Source of the DNA: Ammoniphilus oxalaticus | Lineage (GTDB): Bacteria; Bacillota; Bacilli; Aneurinibacillales; RAOX-1 | Length of the DNA stretch: 24,000 nucleotides | Direction: 5' to 3' | Assembly (NCBI RefSeq): GCF_003609605.1 | Contig: NZ_MCHY01000009.1 | Coordinates: 341,058-365,057, forward strand | Made by a program: the position numbers and the translations under genes | Shown here: in pieces, positions 19,051 through 24,000 of the stretch | How the letters are laid out: each line of letters starts with the position of its first letter | Position numbering within the stretch: position 1 is the first letter of the stretch | Notes under the pieces: model-generated | Databases searched by the model: none | The model's input: the letters and a program-made list of their open reading frames with translations, nothing else | What the model was told of the DNA's origin: nothing

Positions 19051-19424
19051 TAGATATTTCCGCCATATTGTTTAATGATCTGCTCTGCTTGTTCTGCTTG
19101 GTCAGCGGGGACAACCGCAGTGAGTAACACGCCTTGATTAACTTCAGGCATCATCCCGTCGCCGTCTGACATCCCGCTGGCGCTGACGTCAGTAGCGGCT
19201 AGGATGGCTGCTGACTTGGAATTGAACTCGGCATCGAGTGTCAAGTAACCAAGGCTTGGGATGTTTCCTGTGAGCGGATTCATCACTTGTTGCGGACCTT
19301 CGCCAGGGTATGGACTAATTTGATCGACTTGAGTGATCGTGAAACCCGCCTCGTTTAGAGCTTGTTCAGCTGCCTGCGCATCATCAATTGAGACAAAGCC
19401 AGCGAGAAAGTTCTTTTTTGCCAT
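19050..19424 (-). CDS. Hypothetical acidic 124-aa protein (possible YflT/DUF1269-like stress-domain fold; unassigned)
   Basis: It has a good RBS (AGGGGG, 7 nt spacing) and its own terminator. No motif is recognised with confidence. The N-terminal strand-helix FLAGFVSIDDAQAAEQALNEAGF resembles YflT-type domains. Confidence 0.6.
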   Translation of the reverse strand: MAKKNFLAGFVSIDDAQAAEQALNEAGFTITQVDQISPYPGEGPQQVMNPLTGNIPSLGYLTLDAEFNSKSAAILAATDVSASGMSDGDGMMPEVNQGVLLTAVVPADQAEQAEQIIKQYGGNI

Positions 19425-19605
19425 GGTTGTACCCCCTAAAAAAATAAGTTGTTGTCGAATTGTGTAGAAATCGAAAAAAAGTTGAATGATACGCTCGAAC
19501 TGTGTTAGGTTAGTTAGTGGTAAGGATTTGAATAAAAAATGGTTAATATCCCCTGAATTTTAGGTTTTTATTCAGGATTCAACCTGATGAAATCTGGAGG
19601 TCAAG

Positions 19606-21024
19606 ATGGAACGATTGAAAAAGGCGAAAGCTTGGTTATCTAATCAATTACGCCGAGGCGTTACTTTCGCTAAGTTGAATAAAGGAAAAACGGCTGCAAT
19701 CTTAGTGACAGCCCCTTTATTTATTACGGGAACCACCTTAGCTAGTCATTATTATAATGCAAACTCTACAACCTTATACTACGTGTACGTAGACGGTGAA
19801 GAAGTGGGAGCGGTTGATGACCCTAATCGGGTGCATAGCTATATCCAGCAAGAAATTGCGCGGCAACGCGAAAAACAGATCAAGCCAAAAGTTGCAAGTG
19901 AACTGAAATTTAAAGAGGCGTCGTCATTAAAGGAAAAGCCAAATACAACGGAAACATTAAAACTGTTGGAAAGGGAGATAAAATTTAGCGCGGCAGCGAA
20001 ATCGCTTTCCATTGACGGAAAAATTGCTGGCTATGTGTCGGATCAACAGGATGTCAGCGCTCTTTTAAATGAAGTAAAGGGCAAGTACGGGCCTTTGCCT
20101 GAAGCAGATGAAGAGGCGACAACTGTGGTCGATTTTAAAGAGGATGTGAAGATTAAAAACGATGAAGTTTCCCCGCGCAAGGTGATTACCGCGGAACAAC
20201 TAAAAACGTTAATTGAAGATGGAACATTGGAACAAGTGACGCATACGGTTACGGAAGGCGACACTTTAAGTATGATTGCCGAACAATATGACATTAAAAC
20301 GAAAGATATTATTCGGATGAATCCTGAATTGACAGAAGAATCATTGCTTCAGTTAGGACAAAATATTAATGTGACAGCGGCCAAGCCTTTACTTACTGTG
20401 CGTAAAGTGGAAAAGATTAAAGAGAAGATCGTATTAGATTATAGTCTTGAAGTTGAAATGAACGAAGAAATGTATCGTGGTGATTCTCGGGTGATTCAAG
20501 CGGGACAAGAAGGTCTAAAGGAGATTACATACGAGATTGTAGAAGAAAATGGTTTAGAGATTGAGAAGAAGGTTATTGATGAACAGATCATTTCTGAACC
20601 GATTAGTAAGATCATGCAAAGAGGTACGAAGGTCAAGCCTGATCGTGGCAGCGGTAGTTTTTTATGGCCGACAAATGGGGGCAGAATTTCGAGCGTATAC
20701 GGGCAACGCTGGGGACGTATGCATAAAGGAATTGATATCGCGGGTGTCTCTGATCGAACGATTAAGGCAGCGGATAATGGCCGAGTCGCATCAGCTGGTT
20801 GGAACGGGAATTATGGAAATTGTGTGATTATTGACCATGGCAACGGCTATCGAACGTTGTACGGGCATTTAAGTTCAATCGATGTATCGGTCGGTCATGT
20901 TGTTGAACGAGGGGAAAAAGTAGGAGTTATGGGCAGTACGGGTCACTCGACTGGCGTGCATCTTCATTTTGAAGTCATCCAAAATGGAAGTCATCGAAAT
21001 CCGCTAGATTTCGTTCATCGATAA
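19606..21024 (+). CDS. Membrane-anchored LysM / G5 domain-containing M23 family peptidoglycan metalloendopeptidase
   Basis: It has an N-terminal TM anchor (AAILVTAPLFITGTTLA). It has a LysM domain (HTVTEGDTLSMIAEQYDIKTKDIIRMNPEL) and a G5-like segment (VIQAGQEGLKEITYEIVEENG...IMQRGTK). The M23 catalytic motifs are HKGIDI and HLHFEV. A GGAGG RBS lies 5 nt upstream. Confidence 0.88.
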   Translation: MERLKKAKAWLSNQLRRGVTFAKLNKGKTAAILVTAPLFITGTTLASHYYNANSTTLYYVYVDGEEVGAVDDPNRVHSYIQQEIARQREKQIKPKVASELKFKEASSLKEKPNTTETLKLLEREIKFSAAAKSLSIDGKIAGYVSDQQDVSALLNEVKGKYGPLPEADEEATTVVDFKEDVKIKNDEVSPRKVITAEQLKTLIEDGTLEQVTHTVTEGDTLSMIAEQYDIKTKDIIRMNPELTEESLLQLGQNINVTAAKPLLTVRKVEKIKEKIVLDYSLEVEMNEEMYRGDSRVIQAGQEGLKEITYEIVEENGLEIEKKVIDEQIISEPISKIMQRGTKVKPDRGSGSFLWPTNGGRISSVYGQRWGRMHKGIDIAGVSDRTIKAADNGRVASAGWNGNYGNCVIIDHGNGYRTLYGHLSSIDVSVGHVVERGEKVGVMGSTGHSTGVHLHFEVIQNGSHRNPLDFVHR

Positions 21025-21028
21025 AAAG

Positions 21029-21056
21029 GTAGCAGGGATTCCCCTGCTGCTTTTTT
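21029..21056 (+). terminator. Intrinsic terminator after the M23 peptidase gene
   Basis: A GC-rich stem gtagcaggg / cccctgctgc has a 4-nt loop and is followed by T6. Confidence 0.85.
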
Positions 21057-21079
21057 CATGAGAAAAGAAAGGATAGCCA

Positions 21080-21088
21080 TGGTATGAT
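21080..21088 (+). promoter_or_regulatory. Candidate extended -10 promoter of yycJ
   Basis: TGgTATGAT lies about 37 nt upstream of the yycJ ATG. There is no good -35. Confidence 0.35.
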
Positions 21089-21124
21089 AGAGGAAGAGTA
21101 ATTTAGCTGTTGGGGGAAAAAAGC

Positions 21125-21913
21125 ATGCGATTTAGTATTTTGGCAAGTGGGAGTACAGGCAATTCAATTCTTGTTGAAACAGATCAGACAACACTTTTGT
21201 TTGATGCTGGACTAAGCGGAAAACAAATAGAAACGCGTTTAAAAGAAATTGAGATTGATCCGCGTAGCATCGATGCGATTGTTGTCACGCATGAACATTC
21301 TGACCACATTAAAGGTGTCGGTGTCTTAGCGCGAAGATACAGTTTACCGGTTTATACGCATGAAAAGACTTGGGTAGAAATGGACCGCTTGATTGGCGAG
21401 ATCCCAATTGAACAGAAGTTTAGTTTTGATGAAGGCGAAGTAAGATCATTCGCTGACCTTAGTGTTGAAAGTTTCGCGATCTCTCATGACGCCGCTTTTC
21501 CGATGGGTTTTTGTATTTATGAAGGGGATAAAAAGCTAACGATTGCTACTGATCTAGGATATGTTAGTCAGCGAATAAAGGAAACGATCTCAGGTTCCAA
21601 CGCTTATATCTTTGAATCGAATCACGATGTTGAAATGTTAAGGATGGGTCGCTATCCGTGGAATATCAAACGACGCATCTTAAGTGATGTCGGGCATCTC
21701 TCAAATGAGGATGCCGGAGAAGCATTATCCGACATCCTGGAAGGGCAAGGGGAGAAAGTGTATCTATCCCATTTAAGCCAAGATAATAATATGACGGAGT
21801 TAGCGCGTCTAACGGTGAAGAACATATTAGAAGAAAGCGGGTTTAGCGTTGATAAAGATGTAAAATTATTAAGCACGTCTCCGATTAAACCAACGCCAAT
21901 TGATGAAATTTAA
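21125..21913 (+). CDS. yycJ: MBL-fold metallo-hydrolase YycJ/WalJ
   Basis: It starts MRFSILASGSTGNS and has HEHSDH, ESNHDVEMLRMGRYPWNIKRRILSDVGHLSNEDA. It is nearly colinear with B. subtilis YycJ. I prefer the ATG at 21125 over the ORF-track TTG at 21110. Confidence 0.93.
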   Translation: MRFSILASGSTGNSILVETDQTTLLFDAGLSGKQIETRLKEIEIDPRSIDAIVVTHEHSDHIKGVGVLARRYSLPVYTHEKTWVEMDRLIGEIPIEQKFSFDEGEVRSFADLSVESFAISHDAAFPMGFCIYEGDKKLTIATDLGYVSQRIKETISGSNAYIFESNHDVEMLRMGRYPWNIKRRILSDVGHLSNEDAGEALSDILEGQGEKVYLSHLSQDNNMTELARLTVKNILEESGFSVDKDVKLLSTSPIKPTPIDEI

Positions 21914-21915
21914 TT

Positions 21916-22140
21916 TCAATCGACGTTGGATGACGCCGATCTTGTGATTAAATCCAGTGTCATATCCACTTCTAGTTCTTTTGTTTTTTGCAAAACTGCT
22001 TTTCTAGAGACGATCCCATTTTCTACAAGTAGTTCTACTAGAGCGGAGATAACGAGCGTGTTGTTATAGTCGACCTCTTTTAGGTCAGAAAGTTGGGCGA
22101 CAAGATCGATTTCATCAATCGGTCGAAAGTTTCGTTTCAT
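21916..22140 (-). CDS. Hypothetical 74-aa protein
   Basis: It has an AAAGGAG RBS 9 nt upstream of the ATG. It is convergent with yycJ, and the two ORFs are only 2 nt apart. No family is recognised. Confidence 0.55.
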   Translation of the reverse strand: MKRNFRPIDEIDLVAQLSDLKEVDYNNTLVISALVELLVENGIVSRKAVLQKTKELEVDMTLDLITRSASSNVD

Positions 22141-22249
22141 TTGTATTGACTCCTTTCAGAAACAGTGGTTATACTTCCATAGTAGCCCAGTTGATCGGTT
22201 AATATACTATCAGATAATTTTATAAGATATACGTTGAATATACGCGTAG

Positions 22250-22278
22250 ATAGGGCGGGACATCGCCCTATTTTTTTC
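22250..22278 (+). terminator. Strong plus-strand intrinsic terminator with no adjacent plus-strand gene
   Basis: An 8-bp stem atagggcg / cgccctat has the 6-nt loop ggacat and is followed by T7. It is unidirectional, because there is no T-run on the minus strand. Confidence 0.75.
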
Positions 22279-22344
22279 TCTTTAATTTGGAGCAGAGCAG
22301 TCTATACTAAGCTATATGAACAATTGAGAAAGGAGTCAGAGAAG

Positions 22345-22512
22345 ATGATTATTTGCTGCGGGGAACATATGGACCGAGCGATTGATGATTTTGTTGATGA
22401 GTATGAAGATGCCCCAGATATTTATAAATTGACCACCACAACCTTTACCGCATGGACTCCGCCAACATGTTGCGAATATTGTAAGCAAGCTTCAGTCTAT
22501 TTAGTAATTTAA
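22345..22512 (+). CDS. CxxH/CxxC small protein (BA_5709-like family)
   Basis: The ORF is 55 aa and starts MIICCGEHMD (C-G-E-H), with C-E-Y-C near the C-terminus. An AAAGGAG RBS lies 10 nt upstream. The ORF-track start at 22234 reads through the terminator hairpin and is rejected. Confidence 0.7.
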   Translation: MIICCGEHMDRAIDDFVDEYEDAPDIYKLTTTTFTAWTPPTCCEYCKQASVYLVI

Positions 22513-22513
22513 G

Positions 22514-22597
22514 TTATTCACAGAGCGAATGTTAAAATCAACAGAATTGTGCATATGTGGATAACTTTTGTGGATAAGTGGATTATTTAGGGGATAA
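22514..22597. promoter_or_regulatory. DnaA-box cluster upstream of rlmH
   Basis: Two perfect TGTGGATAA boxes lie at 22556-64 and 22569-77. TTATTCACA (22514-22, opposite orientation) has 1 mismatch. Two boxes with 2 mismatches lie at 22577-85 and 22589-97. Confidence 0.75.
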
Positions 22598-22609
22598 AGG
22601 GAGCCAGTT

Positions 22610-23089
22610 ATGAATATTTCTATCATTTCAGTTGGAAAGTTGAAGGAAAAGTATTTGAAAATGGGGATTGAGGAGTATCGAAAGCGATTAACGCCATACG
22701 CTAAAATCCGTCTTTTGGAGGTTAATGATGAAAAGGCTCCAGAAAACTTGAGCGAAGCGGAAATGAGGCAAGTAAAGGAACGGGAAGGGCAGCGTATTTT
22801 AGCGCAGATTAAGCCAGAAACGTATGTTATTGCCTTAGCAATAGAAGGGGAGAAGTGGTCTTCGGAAAAACTAGCGAGTCAACTTGATGCGTATGGTACC
22901 TATGGAAGAAGTTCGGTCGCTTTTGTGATCGGGGGCTCTTTAGGGCTTTCTTCAGCCGTCTTGCAACGGGCCAATCAACAAATATCTTTTTCTAATATGA
23001 CCTTCCCGCATCAGTTGGTTCGCTTAATCCTACTAGAGCAAATCTATCGCGGTTTTAAAATCAATCGGAATGAACCGTACCATAAATAA
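22610..23089 (+). CDS. rlmH: 23S rRNA (pseudouridine1915-N3)-methyltransferase RlmH (YydA)
   Basis: The ORF is 159 aa and starts [15 protein letters not shown]. It has a SPOUT C-terminus ([10 protein letters not shown]...[22 protein letters not shown]). Confidence 0.95.
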   Translation: MNISIISVGKLKEKYLKMGIEEYRKRLTPYAKIRLLEVNDEKAPENLSEAEMRQVKEREGQRILAQIKPETYVIALAIEGEKWSSEKLASQLDAYGTYGRSSVAFVIGGSLGLSSAVLQRANQQISFSNMTFPHQLVRLILLEQIYRGFKINRNEPYHK

Positions 23090-23101
23090 ATGAGGCAAGA
23101 G

Positions 23102-23127
23102 GGACTTAATCATTCAAGTCCTTTTTT
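23102..23127 (+). terminator. Intrinsic terminator after rlmH
   Basis: The stem ggactt / aagtcc is followed by T6. Confidence 0.65.
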
Positions 23128-23195
23128 ATCATGTTACAAATACGATAATAAAATGATAAGATAGAAGCAATATGCCTTCAGGAGATGAAGAATCC

Positions 23196-23879
23196 ATGAA
23201 AATTCCAATCTTGTTTGAAGATAATCATCTGCTTTTGGTAGAAAAGCCGATTAATGTCCCTGTTCAAGCGGATCGTAGTGGGGATCTAGATTTGTTAACG
23301 ATATTAAAGAATGATATAAAGGAACGCTATCAAAAGACTGGTAACGTTTATTTGGGACTTGTGCACCGTTTAGACCGTCCCGTTGGCGGGGCGATGGTAT
23401 TCGCAAAAACATCGAAGGCGGCTTCAAGATTATCTGATATGTTTCGTAGACAAGCGGTTAAACGGAAATATTTTGCGGTTGTCCATGGAATCCCACGCAA
23501 GAAAAAAGGGAAACTGGCGCATTATCTTCTTAAAGATAACCGGAAGAATAAGGTGTCCGTTGTTTCTCCTAACCATCCAAAAGCTAAAAAGGCTGTACTA
23601 GACTATGAGGTTATAGAATCGAGAAAAGGGTTTAGCCTACTTTCTGTCAAGCTCCACACCGGAAGACCACATCAAATTCGAGTTCAGTTGTCTAAAATGG
23701 GCAATCCCATTTTTGGGGATCAAAAGTACGGCGAGCATCTGAGCAAACCGAGACAACAACTTGCGCTTTGGGCCTATTCTATTTATTTCGAACATCCAGT
23801 TAGGAAGGAACCTTTAGGAATTGAGTCTGCGCCGCCGAATGACTATCCTTGGGAATTTATGAGGGACTATATAAAGTAG
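23196..23879 (+). CDS. RluA-family pseudouridine synthase
   Basis: It starts MKIPILFEDNHLLLVEKP. It has the catalytic motif HRLDRPVGG and GRPHQIRVQL. The ATG at 23172 is an alternative start, and 23196 matches family N-termini. Confidence 0.88.
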   Translation: MKIPILFEDNHLLLVEKPINVPVQADRSGDLDLLTILKNDIKERYQKTGNVYLGLVHRLDRPVGGAMVFAKTSKAASRLSDMFRRQAVKRKYFAVVHGIPRKKKGKLAHYLLKDNRKNKVSVVSPNHPKAKKAVLDYEVIESRKGFSLLSVKLHTGRPHQIRVQLSKMGNPIFGDQKYGEHLSKPRQQLALWAYSIYFEHPVRKEPLGIESAPPNDYPWEFMRDYIK

Positions 23880-23923
23880 GGCAATGTGATTGCGTTAAAT
23901 AACGAAATGCAATAAAACCGATG

Positions 23924-23960
23924 GAAAAGGTCCGTTGATTTATAGAGACCTTTTCTGTTC
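23924..23960 (+). terminator. Possible terminator after the pseudouridine synthase gene
   Basis: A 9-bp stem gaaaaggtc / gaccttttc has a 14-nt loop. The T tract that follows is poor (tgttccttt). Confidence 0.4.
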
Positions 23961-24000
23961 CTTTACCGAAATAATTTTTGCATCCACCCCGTATTCTCTT

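Noticed and set aside
19453-19475. A perfect Spo0A-box heptamer TGTCGAA (19453-59) plus aaTCGAA (19469-75) in the divergent region upstream of the M23 gene.
   Set aside because: A 7-mer is expected by chance several times in 24 kb. The same heptamer occurs inside the helicase gene near 16536. This is not enough evidence.
19482-19605. A c-di-AMP (ydaO-type) riboswitch, or WalR boxes, upstream of the cell-wall hydrolase gene.
   Set aside because: The leader is too short and lacks the conserved ydaO sequence blocks. No TGTWAH-N5-TGTWAH match occurs on either strand.
1-24000. A search for a novel defence, toxin or mobile system, CRISPR arrays, transposases, integrases, phage genes, rRNA or tRNA.
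   Set aside because: Every sizeable ORF is accounted for by conserved ori-proximal housekeeping or sporulation-associated families. There are no repeat-spacer arrays and no inverted terminal repeats. No intergenic space is long enough for an rRNA gene, and none shows tRNA-like structure.

Overview
This window is the conserved origin-proximal chromosomal backbone of an endospore-forming Bacillales-type Firmicute. It is not an accessory island. The gene order follows the classic B. subtilis 'yya/yyb/yyc' region. It runs mnmG (5' truncated) - rsmG - noc - soj - spo0J - class V aminotransferase - DUF554 - yyaC(-) - YkvI-like permease - DUF3343 - MscS channel - DUF951 - ychF - rpsF - ssb - rpsR - yybS - gdpP - rplI - replicative helicase - purA. 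It continues with a 124-aa orphan(-) - LysM/G5/M23 peptidase - yycJ(walJ) - 74-aa orphan(-) - CxxH/CxxC protein - rlmH - RluA-family pseudouridine synthase. I revised several ORF-track starts using RBS spacing and N-terminal homology (noc, soj, spo0J, yybS, helicase, purA, yycJ, CxxH and others). Non-coding features I can read directly are two parS sites, a DnaA-box cluster upstream of rlmH, a candidate PurR operator at purA, a structured rpsF leader and about ten intrinsic terminators. I see no rRNA or tRNA genes, CRISPR arrays, transposases, integrases, phage genes or recognisable defence or toxin systems. I found no convincing evidence for a novel multi-gene system. The points most worth a second look are: walRK-yycHI are absent from their canonical slot between purA and yycJ, where a peptidoglycan hydrolase gene sits instead; the DnaA-box cluster; and an orphan plus-strand terminator that implies either an antisense yycJ 3' UTR over a small convergent gene or a small RNA. 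All functional calls rest on my recognition of protein motifs and synteny. No database search was run.
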